Below are positions 11,196 through 22,083 of a stretch of DNA of 64,000 nucleotides, piece after piece. This DNA comes from Trypanosoma brucei. Taxonomy: Eukaryota. The stretch lies in assembly GCA_000002445.1 (NCBI GenBank), contig AL929603.2, forward strand, positions 192,001-256,000. Reading direction: 5' to 3'. How positions within the stretch are numbered: position 1 is the first letter of the stretch; each line of letters starts with the position of its first letter. A program made the position numbers and the translations under genes. Below the pieces are notes generated by a model that made no database searches, had not been told where the DNA came from, and was given only the letters and a program-made list of their open reading frames with translations.

Positions 11196-12017
11196 TCATA
11201 AATTAAGTGGAATATATTCCTTTACGGCTACAACTGTTTCCAATAGCCAATACGCCGCATCATCGTCACAAACCGAAAGATGTTGTTTCGCACATTTTAA
11301 AGGATTTGACCTCATGAGAGAACGAAGTTGCCGGGCATCACACCGCCGCAATGCAACATTTCCCTCAGCCACATTTTGGGAAATCATCAAATCCACTAAA
11401 GGCATGACAGCAAGCACCGGCCCTTCTTTTAAGTTCAACTTCATTCGGTCTTTTGTCAAGCGACATGAATGAGTTTGTGTGTACCGACACATATTTAGCA
11501 TTAACTCCATGGGAGGCACAATACTGTTTTCGGAAAGAATTTGCAGGAACGTGGCGGCAGCATCTTCCACATCACTTTTAAATGTGGCGGGTGGACTTAA
11601 CTGACGCTGCCAATGCGACCACGAGGAAGTTGAAGTTGTGCGACATGCCTGAATTGCAAAATACAAGGAGAGATATAACAAATCAAAGTGTTTAGAAACA
11701 TGTGGTGATGAACAGGCTTCCTGACAGGACTGCAATGGTGGCATGAGCCCCTCAACATCATCATCATGAACGTCATCTACCGTCCAAACAGTTGTGCACG
11801 GGACAGCGGCCACAATACGATTTTCTGGAGTCTCAGCGAGAGTAGAAAAAAGTTTCAGAGGAAAACCGTCTTGAGGAAAAGAGCGGCAACGAAGATATGG
11901 AGCAACACCAATTCCCAGTGAACGCATACAACTTAAAAAAAACGCATCCTCTCGAGTGAAGGACGACACGGCAACTGTCACGCTCTCATTTCCTTTGCGC
12001 ATGTACCGACTACGCAT
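11196..12017 (-). CDS. hypothetical protein (273 aa), the 3'-most ORF of the minus-strand unit
   Basis: Long ORF on the same strand as all downstream genes; no recognisable motif. Confidence 0.35.
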   Translation of the reverse strand: MRSRYMRKGNESVTVAVSSFTREDAFFLSCMRSLGIGVAPYLRCRSFPQDGFPLKLFSTLAETPENRIVAAVPCTTVWTVDDVHDDDVEGLMPPLQSCQEACSSPHVSKHFDLLYLSLYFAIQACRTTSTSSWSHWQRQLSPPATFKSDVEDAAATFLQILSENSIVPPMELMLNMCRYTQTHSCRLTKDRMKLNLKEGPVLAVMPLVDLMISQNVAEGNVALRRCDARQLRSLMRSNPLKCAKQHLSVCDDDAAYWLLETVVAVKEYIPLNL

Positions 12018-12417
12018 GTTACATACACTACCTGTAGAGAGCCACCTTCAGACACATTAATATGTCAATGTATTTTTTTAAAAAAGTAAAAGAAAAGAAA
12101 ATAGTTAAAGCAGTGAAGAAAACCTCACTGAATTTTCTCAACATGCAATTGCAAATCGTTATTTTCGTTGTTGTTTTCTCTCTCCCTCCTTTTTGTATCG
12201 CATGATAACAAAACGAGCCATGAATATTATCATAATTACTGCGTTACACGTTCGGTGCCACATGTTCTTTTTATCAAAAAAAATCCTCATGTGACGGTTG
12301 GCACTTTAGTGTACAGATCAACTTCACCTGATTCATCTTTCTTCGCGCAGAAAAAATGTAGACCGAAAAAAAAATAAAATAAAGAAGAAAGAACAATCGT
12401 ACTTTCTCCTCTTTCTA

Positions 12418-15400
12418 TCATTGCGATCCCATGAAATCAAGCGAAAGACGCGTACTTATTCCCATTCCTTGAAGTTCTTGAAGTAAAAGCTTGAAAGCGT
12501 AAGGGACATTTACACGTGAGACGGTATTTTTGGCATTGCAGTATGAACAGTAGCCGTTATAACCCATAAACCCACAGCAGCGGCAAATATCAATTGTGAA
12601 GAGGTCAGAACTCACAAGAAGTCGCTCATTAAGGAGGTTGGATGCGCCATATCCAACCATGCAATCTCTTTCCATTTCACCAACACGCAAACCTCCACTG
12701 CGGGATCGGCCTTCCGTGGGTTGCCTCGTCAACATGGAACGGGGTCCAGTGGCACGAGCGTGCATTTTGTCAGTAACCATGTGTTTTAAGCGTTGGTAAT
12801 AAATGGGGCCAAAGAAAACATAAGCCCGCAGCATCTCCCCCGTTACGCCTGAATAGAAAATATCTTTTCCGTGATAATTGTATCCATGCCGTATCAATTC
12901 CTCACCCAGATCCTCAGCCTTATCACCACCAAAGGCAGTGCCATCGCCGAACTTCCCCGTGAGTGCACTCACCTTTGAGCTAACGAGTTCCAGCAACTTT
13001 CCAACTGTCATACGGCTCGGGAATCCATGAGGATTCATGATCATATCCGGGCAAATGCCTTGCTCGTTGAAGGGCATGTTAACACCATCAGTGATGAGAC
13101 CCACTACTCCCTTCTGCCCGTGCCGTGAGGAAAACTTATCACCGGGCTCGGGGCCGCGAACTTCTCTCGTGACAACTTTAATTTTTTGTTCTACATCCAT
13201 TGATCTATCCGAGTCACCGGGAGGTGAGATGACCACATGATCCACAACAGCAGGCTGAGGGTATTTATATACGAGAGGATTAGGCCTTGGTTCCATGGAC
13301 GGCACGGGAGTGTATTTGTTTACCAAAATATCAAACTGACGAACGACCGCCCCTTTACTGGCAATACCATCGCTATTAAGAGCACTGTGTCTCCCAACAT
13401 TTGAATCTGCTGGAAGAATTATATCATACTCACCGTTGGGAAGCCTTTCCAGTTCCACCTCGTGCTTGCGGAGAACAACACAACGGCCGTAGCCACGATC
13501 GAGCGAACTGCGGTTGTAGACCTGAGCGTCCTCAATATCGTAACCGCTATAGCTCATAACGCATACCATCGCATTAATTCCTGCACCTAATATTTCGTAG
13601 TTGGTTAGGTTCATAGCCTTCGTCCGGCAAAGGGGCCGTTGCGGGTAAGCACCCAACATAAGTACTGTGTCCATTCTAATGTACTGATTATACGCAATGG
13701 TTCCAAGAGCTTGCTTGCCCATGGCTGACTGGAATGTGTTTCGTGCGGATTGATTGTGATGCGGAAAGGGAATAATGCCAGCGACAACCCCAAGCAGGGA
13801 AAGGGGCTCAATCTCCAAGTGGGTCGTGTACTGCTCAATGTCTTTGGGGTAGACTGCTATGAGACAGTCATTTGCCTCATTTACGTCAATGAATTCCACC
13901 AAACCTTCAGCTAAAAAATCGTTAATTGAACACTTGCCTGAACTCAAGTTATCCAAGTGTTGAGAAGTTACAGCGGGTTTCCCGTCGCGAACGACAATAT
14001 ACAACCGCACGATCCGTCCGCCATCGCAACCAATTTGAACACTCTTTTGGCGGTCATTTATCGCAATAGAAACGTGTGGATGCAGGCGGCCTGACCTCCT
14101 CAGGGTTCGTACACCCCGACACAAACGGCTCGGGTACCGGTGAATGCCCATCAACGTTCCATTGAGGAAAACTGTGTAATATTTAAGAAACTCGTTGGGG
14201 CTGATACAATCGACTTCCTCCACTCCAAGATTGTACGCAGCCGCACGCACAAACGAATCATCCATGTCGAGTGTTACCTGACTAAGAATAGCAAAGTTCT
14301 TAACCAAACCGCAACTTTCACCCTCTGGGGTATCGCAGGGACACACCATTCCCCATTGACTTGGCTGCAGCGAGCGCGGTCCACTGATTTTGCGGCTCTT
14401 TTCAAATGAAGATGCCAGACGGGTCATCATACCAATGCATGAAATGTAAGATAGCCGTGACAACACCTGCGTTATCCCCTGACGACTCATGTTAAACCGT
14501 TTCAATTCCCATCTGCCACTACTCAACGCCACACGCATTCCGTTCTGTATAACCTCCATTTTGCTTTCCATCAACTGTTTAAGATTGAATGGCTTTGTCG
14601 TGTCTTTTTTGGAAAGTAACTGATCCATTGCGGTCTTTACCACGCGGTTGTATTGTTTCAAGAGGTCTTCGAACAGGAGCCCCATTAGCGTCCCAGTTGT
14701 CTCGAAACGCTTGTTGCCGTAAAAATCACGTTCATCGAGGAGTGATGAATCCACACTCGCCTCTACCATGCGCCGAACCATAAAACAAACATACAACGCT
14801 TTGTGACGGAAGTTCCAATCACGCTGCACTTCCCCCTCTCGGATGTGACACAGAAGAACATTTGCAAGAAACTCCGCAGCGCTATCCGCCTTAGACTTTT
14901 GAACGTGTCGCTGCTGTGTTTCGTCCATTTCCCAGAAGGTCTCCTTTCGCCGTTCACCAATGAAGTGAAGCGCATCATCCTGTGTCTTAACATTAAGCGA
15001 GGCTGCGTGCTCGAAGCAGGCAAACAGTACGCTTTGAAAAGCGGGTGAAACTCCAATGTGTTGTGCAATCTGCTGGTCACTCTCCATGCCGAGCGCCTTT
15101 AATACTACTACGATGGGGATGTCTTCCTTAAAAGAACGGTGCACCATAACAATACGGCCTTTCCTGAAAGTAACTGAACACTTTGAGATGGAATAGTGCG
15201 TTTTGCTCTGCACATGTGCCACAATATCTCCGTTGTCATCCGCCTCGATAATGACACGATTCTTACTCTGCTGCTCCTGCACCAGGCAAACTTTCTCAAC
15301 ACCTTTAATAATGAAATACCCTCCAGGATCAAGTGGGCACTCCCGCATAGCAATCAGCTCCTCCCTCCCCTTCCCGTACAGGTTGCATGAACTCGATTTG

Positions 15401-15807
15401 AGCATAATGGGGATTGTCCCAATTTTAATATTGGTTTCAGTGCATATTCGTTTAGAGCGATCACGGCTAGTGTACTCCACATCCACTACAATATCGCCGC
15501 GATACGTGAGGTCCCGCGTGCGGCACTCATGCGGTGACACAGGCTTGGGAAGTTGACCCTTTCCCACAATCTCCCGGGGGCGGCAAACGCGAATACCTGA
15601 GTAGCGAATGGAAAAATCTGGATCAATGCTGCTCTTAATTTCTCTGTTTGACTCATTCAACAGAATTCGCCCCAGCTCCACATTGATAAGGTGATCAAAG
15701 GAGGCCACGTGATGGTTCAGCAGTCCCTTCATATTAATAAGGGCTGGAAGCAACGCCAACTTACGCGTGGCGTAACCCTCATCGCAACCACGGGCCCTAG
15801 GGGTCAT
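12418..15807 (-). CDS. RPC2: DNA-directed RNA polymerase III second-largest subunit (RPC2/C128 type)
   Basis: Second-largest-subunit signature GDKFSSRHGQKGVVG. The C-terminal 250 aa align far better to yeast Ret1/C128 (IIMNPHGFPSRMTVGK, GKD.FYSG.TGE, YGAS.LL.ERL..SSD, C..CG.MGY.G.C..C) than to Rpb2 (GDKFASRHGQKGT, ...CGICGL). N-terminus LALLPALINMKGLL.HH..SFD matches Ret1 [21 protein letters not shown]. Length 1129 aa. Confidence 0.85.
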   Translation of the reverse strand: MTPRARGCDEGYATRKLALLPALINMKGLLNHHVASFDHLINVELGRILLNESNREIKSSIDPDFSIRYSGIRVCRPREIVGKGQLPKPVSPHECRTRDLTYRGDIVVDVEYTSRDRSKRICTETNIKIGTIPIMLKSSSCNLYGKGREELIAMRECPLDPGGYFIIKGVEKVCLVQEQQSKNRVIIEADDNGDIVAHVQSKTHYSISKCSVTFRKGRIVMVHRSFKEDIPIVVVLKALGMESDQQIAQHIGVSPAFQSVLFACFEHAASLNVKTQDDALHFIGERRKETFWEMDETQQRHVQKSKADSAAEFLANVLLCHIREGEVQRDWNFRHKALYVCFMVRRMVEASVDSSLLDERDFYGNKRFETTGTLMGLLFEDLLKQYNRVVKTAMDQLLSKKDTTKPFNLKQLMESKMEVIQNGMRVALSSGRWELKRFNMSRQGITQVLSRLSYISCIGMMTRLASSFEKSRKISGPRSLQPSQWGMVCPCDTPEGESCGLVKNFAILSQVTLDMDDSFVRAAAYNLGVEEVDCISPNEFLKYYTVFLNGTLMGIHRYPSRLCRGVRTLRRSGRLHPHVSIAINDRQKSVQIGCDGGRIVRLYIVVRDGKPAVTSQHLDNLSSGKCSINDFLAEGLVEFIDVNEANDCLIAVYPKDIEQYTTHLEIEPLSLLGVVAGIIPFPHHNQSARNTFQSAMGKQALGTIAYNQYIRMDTVLMLGAYPQRPLCRTKAMNLTNYEILGAGINAMVCVMSYSGYDIEDAQVYNRSSLDRGYGRCVVLRKHEVELERLPNGEYDIILPADSNVGRHSALNSDGIASKGAVVRQFDILVNKYTPVPSMEPRPNPLVYKYPQPAVVDHVVISPPGDSDRSMDVEQKIKVVTREVRGPEPGDKFSSRHGQKGVVGLITDGVNMPFNEQGICPDMIMNPHGFPSRMTVGKLLELVSSKVSALTGKFGDGTAFGGDKAEDLGEELIRHGYNYHGKDIFYSGVTGEMLRAYVFFGPIYYQRLKHMVTDKMHARATGPRSMLTRQPTEGRSRSGGLRVGEMERDCMVGYGASNLLNERLLVSSDLFTIDICRCCGFMGYNGYCSYCNAKNTVSRVNVPYAFKLLLQELQGMGISTRLSLDFMGSQ

Positions 15808-16702
15808 TTCCTTTTAATTCCCTCCTCTTTCTGATGCGTAAATAAATATAACTATACCCGCCTCTTCTCCACAAATGAAAATATACAGCCGCAGCGCTAC
15901 GTAAAGAGCGACACGTACGAAGCAGGCAGGTTAAATGAAAAGTAGGTAAAAGACATGTTTGTGCAAGCTGTAGCGAAAAAGATTAAATTACAAAGTTGAG
16001 AACTCGCTCAACATCCCCCACTGTCCGCGCTTATTCATCAACTGTTAAAAAGTAATTAAATCGAACTATTTTGTTCCGTTTTTAAGGTACACAGTCACGG
16101 TGTATCATCCATCTATGCACATCTATATAACGCACAAGCAGTAGAGTGGTGCATCTAAAACCTATAAATTGTCTTGTCACGATACGTACAGATGCATTAA
16201 TGTCTCAGTTTTCTTTTTTTCCTTGCCCCCAACCCACGACCCACTCGCCCTCCACCCGACATACAAGAGATTGAAACCATCACCCATCACTGCCATCTGC
16301 ACAAAAGCAGTTGCATCAAATCGTATATGCAATTCAAAGCGCGGCGTTTCTTCATCCCATGCACCATGCTCCCAAAAAAAATGCTTCCAGACTATGATTG
16401 AATGAAGACAAGGCCGAGCAGATCCCCTCTCCCTTTCGTCAATGCAGAAGGTCAAACATAACGCACAAAATGAGTCCATCTTACTTATTCGATATAATAA
16501 GGATTTAAAGAAGAGGTTATTTTTTTAAAAAAATGTTGATAAACAGTTTCGTGTAAAGATGAAGTAGACGGTTGCGGAAAGAAGAGGGGAAGAACAAAGA
16601 CAAAATAAACGAGAAATGTTCGATTAACGCAGATGCACTTCATGGGTAACACTCCCTTAGCTAAATGACCGCACGGAAACACATGACGTCATGCGGAGCG
16701 AT

Positions 16703-18073
16703 TCAACTTGCAGCCCTCAATTTCCGTAATTTCTCCTTCAGTTTATTCTTGAGGAACTCCAATTCATCATTCTTCTCCCGCAAGCGACTGAACCTCTCCG
16801 CAGATGTTGGTTTTCCAGTGGACTCTCTGGCGCCTTCCTCCAGTTCTGTTGCCACAACATTTTCCGTGCGTTTCATGGAAACGCACGTGTCTTCCATCGT
16901 TTGTTGATGTTTTCTTTTGCGACGTGATGCCCGGCTCCCACCTTCCTTTTGATACGAGATCGGTGCTGACTCTTTTTTCCCCGCCGATACCACAATAAAA
17001 TCCACACCCAAAGGGTCCAAAGGATGCTTCTGTAGCACAACGGGCGGCACGGCAGCACTCGAAGGTTGCGTTGCATCACTTGGTACATAACAAACACTTA
17101 ACAACCCGCCGGCAATGTCATCCACTGCCTTTTCTACAGTCGTTGCCGTGCGTATATTCCACCACAAAATAACGCCATTTGTACTTCCCACGAGGACATA
17201 ATCGGGTCGAGTGTAATCAAAGTGTATAAACACAATAGCACCCTTGTGACCATCGGTGAAAGGTGTACATGTCACAACATCATTAACGCACCTAATAAGC
17301 CCAGCAGTCGGTAAGCACTGCCGTTCACTGAAGGAATAAAGTCGAACAAAAAAAAGGGAGCCCGTTTCCCCGCCGATAAGAAGCATTTCGTCACCTGGAG
17401 ACGGTCGCACAGATGTTAAAACATCACCGAGAGTTACCACAAACTGCTGTTGGCCGGTGCTCCCATCAAAGATACGGCAGCTGCGATCCGAAGACGCCGT
17501 CACCACGGATTGGCTACTGTCCAGGAATGAACACGCATTAACAGAGAGCGAATGTCCGTTGAAAACAATTCGTGGTGCCGGTGCTGAGACACCACGAGCC
17601 ACCAGTGCCGCCAGTAACCAAGTTTTACAGACAGAATCTTCGGATGCCGTGGCTATGAGTGACTGGTCTGATGATATCGCGATTTCGGTTATCCGACGCG
17701 TATGAGACCGAACAAGATGCAACAGCTCCCCGGATAGTGTACTCCATACATACAAATTGCCTTCTGCAGTGCCGACCAACAGAAATGCGCCATCGCTCGT
17801 GGATGCAGAAGCTGTCACCGCTTGAGGTGTTAGGCAACGCAATACCGGCTGTTGCATCGCTGGGGAAAAGAGAGACGCGCACCCACGTGATTGATTCGAC
17901 ATAACGACCCGAGCGGTGGGCCAATACACGAGGCCCCGGCGCTCCACCGGTGTCGTTACATATGATCGCTCCACGGTTTTTGTATCAAGGTTGATGAGGT
18001 GGGATTTGCTGCTGGAAGCGACGAACAACATAAAATTGAGGTTGCCAAGTATGGAGAGAGGCCCAATCACCAA
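16703..18073 (-). CDS. WD40-repeat protein with basic/coiled-coil C-terminal tail
   Basis: Several WD-like blocks (e.g. LIATASEDSVCKTWLL, VVTASSDRSCRIFD). C-terminus RKRKHQQ...FLKNKLKEKLRKLRAAS. Confidence 0.6.
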   Translation of the reverse strand: MVIGPLSILGNLNFMLFVASSSKSHLINLDTKTVERSYVTTPVERRGLVYWPTARVVMSNQSRGCASLFSPAMQQPVLRCLTPQAVTASASTSDGAFLLVGTAEGNLYVWSTLSGELLHLVRSHTRRITEIAISSDQSLIATASEDSVCKTWLLAALVARGVSAPAPRIVFNGHSLSVNACSFLDSSQSVVTASSDRSCRIFDGSTGQQQFVVTLGDVLTSVRPSPGDEMLLIGGETGSLFFVRLYSFSERQCLPTAGLIRCVNDVVTCTPFTDGHKGAIVFIHFDYTRPDYVLVGSTNGVILWWNIRTATTVEKAVDDIAGGLLSVCYVPSDATQPSSAAVPPVVLQKHPLDPLGVDFIVVSAGKKESAPISYQKEGGSRASRRKRKHQQTMEDTCVSMKRTENVVATELEEGARESTGKPTSAERFSRLREKNDELEFLKNKLKEKLRKLRAAS

Positions 18074-18350
18074 CCCTCAACCAGGCTAACAGACGCGGGT
18101 ATAAGGAAAGAGAAGACAACATATCATAGCATGTTTACCAACAGACAAATAATTGAAGAAAGAAAGAAAGAGAGAGAGAGAGGGAAAGGGACATAATCAA
18201 ATCACCAACTGTGCGTTTGCGAAAAGCGCCATCAAGAGCTGCTCCACCGTATCAGCATTTGCAGAAGTAACAAAAAAAGACAAAACGAAAACGCACCCCA
18301 CGCCCTGGTTGATCCACTCCGCTATCACATATTATAACAATAACAAAACC

Positions 18351-18372
18351 ACACACACACACACACACACAC
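18351..18372. repeat. (AC)11 microsatellite in intergenic region
   Basis: acacacacacacacacacacac directly visible. Confidence 0.9.
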
Positions 18373-18591
18373 GCATGTCTATCCTTTCTTCCACGGCACG
18401 ACGTGGTACTAGAAGGCGGAAGCTCACACCACCAGAGGAAACACAGAAAAACAAACCAAAATCCGACAGCAAACAACGAAAGAAAACAAGTACAATCCTC
18501 TCAGTACACTTACTCCGTCTCTCAATACAATTCACAAACTATTACAACCCTTTCATTCCACCTTAGCTAACAAATGACGCACCGCTTTGGT

Positions 18592-19419
18592 TCACGATCG
18601 CTTGATGTAAAGATAAAATGGCCCACTTGCTGGGCTCCACTCAACGCTATCCTCTTGCCACCTGTAGTCGACCATCTCGAATTTCTCAAATGCGTCGGGG
18701 TCTCGAGCTGCAGCCACGGAGCGGGAGTGCGGATACAAGTCTTCCATGCATAACACGCGACTTCCGATAGGTAGGGATCGCAACCGCTCCGACAAATAAT
18801 GATTTACGAAGCGAGGCATTAGTAAATTTGCGATCCACACGACACAAGAAGAAGAAAAGTAGTTGTCCTGCTTCAGAACCTTGCAGAAGTCCCCGCAAAC
18901 AATGCTCACATCCAACTTCCGACCACGGCGCTTTTCAAATACAGGTCGAAGATGCGTCCACGCCTCTTTCGCCACCTTGGCGTTGTGCTCATTGATTTCC
19001 ACACCAACGCAACTGGCGCCCGTGGCTAATGCAACATGAAACAAAACGCTGCCATTTCCGCAACCCAAGTCGTAGAAAGTATCATCTGCTGTCACATTTG
19101 CCACACGCAGCAGCCGTGCAACGAATGGAGGAAGCACAGATTTGGCGCAAAGTTCCCTTCGGCCTTTGCACGTGACCTGTCGAGACACTTGTAGCGATAA
19201 ATAGCACCTTTCAAGTTCCTTCGACACGTATAAACAATCACATGAGTGCTCTGGGCAGTGATGACAACCACTTCCATTCGGTGAGCTGCGCAACGGTAAC
19301 ACAAACGGATCACCCGGCCGACCGGTTCCAACTTCAGCCACAACTTCCGGTGAAGATGCACGAGAGCGCTTCAGAACCCGTCCGCACCCCCGCTTACTAC
19401 GATGAACACGTGCGTCCAT
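18592..19419 (-). CDS. DOT1B: DOT1-family histone H3 lysine methyltransferase (likely DOT1B). The ORF is open to 19461, but Met at 19419 gives 275 aa
   Basis: SAM-binding motif I FYDLGCGNGSVLFHVALATGA (compare Dot1 DLGSGVG). Downstream VVWIANLLM matches Dot1 VILVNNFLF, and CGDF matches the D1 region. The size and the two T. brucei DOT1 paralogues are recalled from the literature, and the paralogue assignment is inference. Confidence 0.6.
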   Translation of the reverse strand: MDARVHRSKRGCGRVLKRSRASSPEVVAEVGTGRPGDPFVLPLRSSPNGSGCHHCPEHSCDCLYVSKELERCYLSLQVSRQVTCKGRRELCAKSVLPPFVARLLRVANVTADDTFYDLGCGNGSVLFHVALATGASCVGVEINEHNAKVAKEAWTHLRPVFEKRRGRKLDVSIVCGDFCKVLKQDNYFSSSCVVWIANLLMPRFVNHYLSERLRSLPIGSRVLCMEDLYPHSRSVAAARDPDAFEKFEMVDYRWQEDSVEWSPASGPFYLYIKRS

Positions 19420-19881
19420 TAGTGTCACTTCAGAACCGTAAATCGAAGAAAGACAAAACAAAACAAAGAAAATAGAAGGAATCAGAATTATACGGCGTTA
19501 TCAAAAAAACAAAAAAAACAATTCGCAGAGTGAAAGAGAGTCGCTCCCAACGTTATACCACAAAAAACACTAAACATATAAGAAAGAAAAAACAGAAAAA
19601 CAGAAAAACAAACAAGACATAAGCACTATCATCGTACGCTTCCTACTTAGTTATAATAACACATATCGATGTTAACAAAAAATTTGAGTAGACCGAAGGA
19701 AATAATCATGGGAATCCTAATAATAAGCATAAACCCCACCAACAAACGAAAAAAGAATTATACTACCAGGATTACCGAAAAAATAGACAAAGTAAAAAAA
19801 AAACTAAAAATTAGCGATAAAATCAAAACATAGGTTGCTTATAAGTATAAATTTCCGCACACAGCTCTTCGAAAACAATGA

Positions 19882-22083
19882 CCGCTAAAAGTGTGCGGCG
19901 TAAGTTCTATTTTACTTTCTACCGACTGCTACTACTGCTACCCGCAACCTTCTCAAGCATTATATTTTGTTTTAAACACTCCCGCACATCCGTCACACGA
20001 CACCCCTCCACGCCACCGCTCAGAGCAACACGCCGCGCAACATGAGACCATAAGGTTCTCGGTATCCATGCGGCACTGGGGGCAAAAGCGGTTCGTGTAT
20101 GATTTAGAACAGATAAATTAAATGAACATAAACAAGAGAGGGGAATAATAAAACATAAAAAGAAAAAAGGGAAGAAGAGGAAAGGAGAGGGGGGGGAAGA
20201 AAATAATCAGGACGGTCCCGTATGGTACGGACAGTGCAAGGATGAGTTGCCGTGAAAATATGGGGAAAAGCAGGACAACAGACGTGAGCGACTTCCGCCA
20301 TTGATGATCACATAAGTGACCAAAGGCATTCATTCATCACACGGACTGCGCAACGCATATAAATGCTCCCGTTTCCCGAATCCAACAAACAATCACATCA
20401 CACCGTAGGGTTACCGACGGCAACTACAGCGACTACCAGCTCGCTTCTTGTAAATTACTGCGAGGTGAGACTCGGGGCATATATACCTTGTGCAAAGAGT
20501 AACGCAGATATAGCAGCCGTTATCAAAAGAGTGAATATCCATCCGAGGTACATTTTCCCAACCATCATCCATCGCACCTTGCGGAATCCACAATCCATAA
20601 TACTGATAGCCACAACAGCACCTGTGATGCAGTGTGTTGAAGAGACGGGAATACCGAAGGCGGAACACAGTGACACGACAAGAGCAACGGAAAGTTCTGC
20701 TGAAAACCCACGGCTAGGAGTAATCTTCGTAATGCGTTCCCCAAGCAACCGCATGATTCCAACACCCAGCGTCGCGAGACCAACCACTAACCCAGCTCCA
20801 CCAAGAACCAATATCCATAATGGTACATCGTTCTCTTCTACCACTTGTTGGTTGATATAAATGGAGTACATGGCGGAAAATGGGGCAATGGCGTTACTCA
20901 CATCGTTGGCACCATGTGCGAAGGATGCACAAGCAGCCGTAAATACCTGAAGGTAACGAAACACATACTCCACACGTTCATCATATATTTGCACATCAAA
21001 TTTCAATGCTTCATCAACGACACCCGGTGTGGTCAGTCCACTGGCATTATTTGCAGGGTTTTCTTTAGCTGTTGGAGAGTCGCTGGTTGGCTCGCTCGAT
21101 GGTGGGACTATGCGATTCGCAGTATCAACAGGACCTTCCACCGCTGCCCCCACTCCAGCAGCATTCTCCGATATGGCACCCGCATCTCCTGATATTTCCG
21201 GCGCGGTATTCATCCCTGTTTCAGCCCTTTCCCGCTCAGCTCTTTCAGTTATCAACCTCACACGGCGTCTCAGAAGTGGGATACAAGCCGCAGAAATGGA
21301 GGCAGCCCCAAGTCCAATGAGGGCAGCAACCCATGACGCCTTCGCAGGTCCCCAGTGTAAGCGAGCCTTAGCTCCCTTAAATAGCACAAAGAATGACTCC
21401 AGGAAAAATGTCACTCCGACAATTAATGGAAGGGCAAACAAAGCGCGGTTCACGGAGTTGGCAGGGCGCAGTACAACGAGCCGCAACAATGCATACAGCG
21501 ACGCAGCCACTGCGCCAGCAAACATTGGTGAAATGAACCATGACGCAATGATCGGGGCGACGCCAGTAACATACGGAAATTCATCGATCTTCTTAGCAAA
21601 GGAAACAGCGCCAAAACCACCGTACACAAGCGCAAAACCAATTATAGCACCCGCAATGCTATGAGTTGAAGACACGGGAAGGCTCATCATGGTGGCGAAT
21701 AACAACCAAATGAAGGTTGCACTCAATGCGCACATCATACCGTACATCAGCACATATGGTTCATTTGCAAATGTCATTGGATTCGCAATACCACCTGATA
21801 TTGTTGAGGTTACTTCAGACCCAAGAGAAACGGCACCCACAAACTCACAGATGGAGGCGAGTATAACAATTTGCCACAGGTTGAGCACTCGCGAGCCATA
21901 CGTTGTACCAAAGGAATTCGCGAGGTCATTCATACCAACACCACAGCCGGTGAGGAACGAAACGATCCCACCGACAATAATGACCCATAAGTATGGATGC
22001 ACCATGATGAAATATGGTATTCACTTACTTCTTTCTCCTTGTTTACAATAATCTTATAGCTTAAGGCCAGCACGTAACTTACT
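19882..22083. repeat. Direct repeat copy 1 (~2.2 kb: 570 bp 3' flank, phosphate transporter gene, ~80 bp 5' flank)
   Basis: Near-identical to 23589..25789 (offset 3707 bp). Boundaries ccgctaaaagtgtgcggcg (left) and aacttactaat (right). Confidence 0.85.
20455..22005 (-). CDS. PiT-family (PHO-4 superfamily) inorganic phosphate transporter, copy 1 (516 aa)
   Basis: N-terminal GVGMNDLANSFGT and internal-repeat GANDVSNAIAPF signatures of PiT Na/Pi symporters. About 12 TM segments with a large central hydrophilic loop. Confidence 0.85.
   Translation of the reverse strand: MVHPYLWVIIVGGIVSFLTGCGVGMNDLANSFGTTYGSRVLNLWQIVILASICEFVGAVSLGSEVTSTISGGIANPMTFANEPYVLMYGMMCALSATFIWLLFATMMSLPVSSTHSIAGAIIGFALVYGGFGAVSFAKKIDEFPYVTGVAPIIASWFISPMFAGAVAASLYALLRLVVLRPANSVNRALFALPLIVGVTFFLESFFVLFKGAKARLHWGPAKASWVAALIGLGAASISAACIPLLRRRVRLITERAERERAETGMNTAPEISGDAGAISENAAGVGAAVEGPVDTANRIVPPSSEPTSDSPTAKENPANNASGLTTPGVVDEALKFDVQIYDERVEYVFRYLQVFTAACASFAHGANDVSNAIAPFSAMYSIYINQQVVEENDVPLWILVLGGAGLVVGLATLGVGIMRLLGERITKITPSRGFSAELSVALVVSLCSAFGIPVSSTHCITGAVVAISIMDCGFRKVRWMMVGKMYLGWIFTLLITAAISALLFAQGIYAPSLTSQ

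Noticed and set aside
12418-15807. Initial call as RNA polymerase II RPB2
   Set aside because: The C-terminal region and zinc-ribbon spacing match Pol III C128 (Ret1) much better than Rpb2.
21029-21664. 211-aa plus-strand ORF inside phosphate transporter copy 1 (and equivalents in copy 2)
   Set aside because: Antisense to a strongly supported membrane-transporter CDS; Ala/Pro-rich low-complexity translation.
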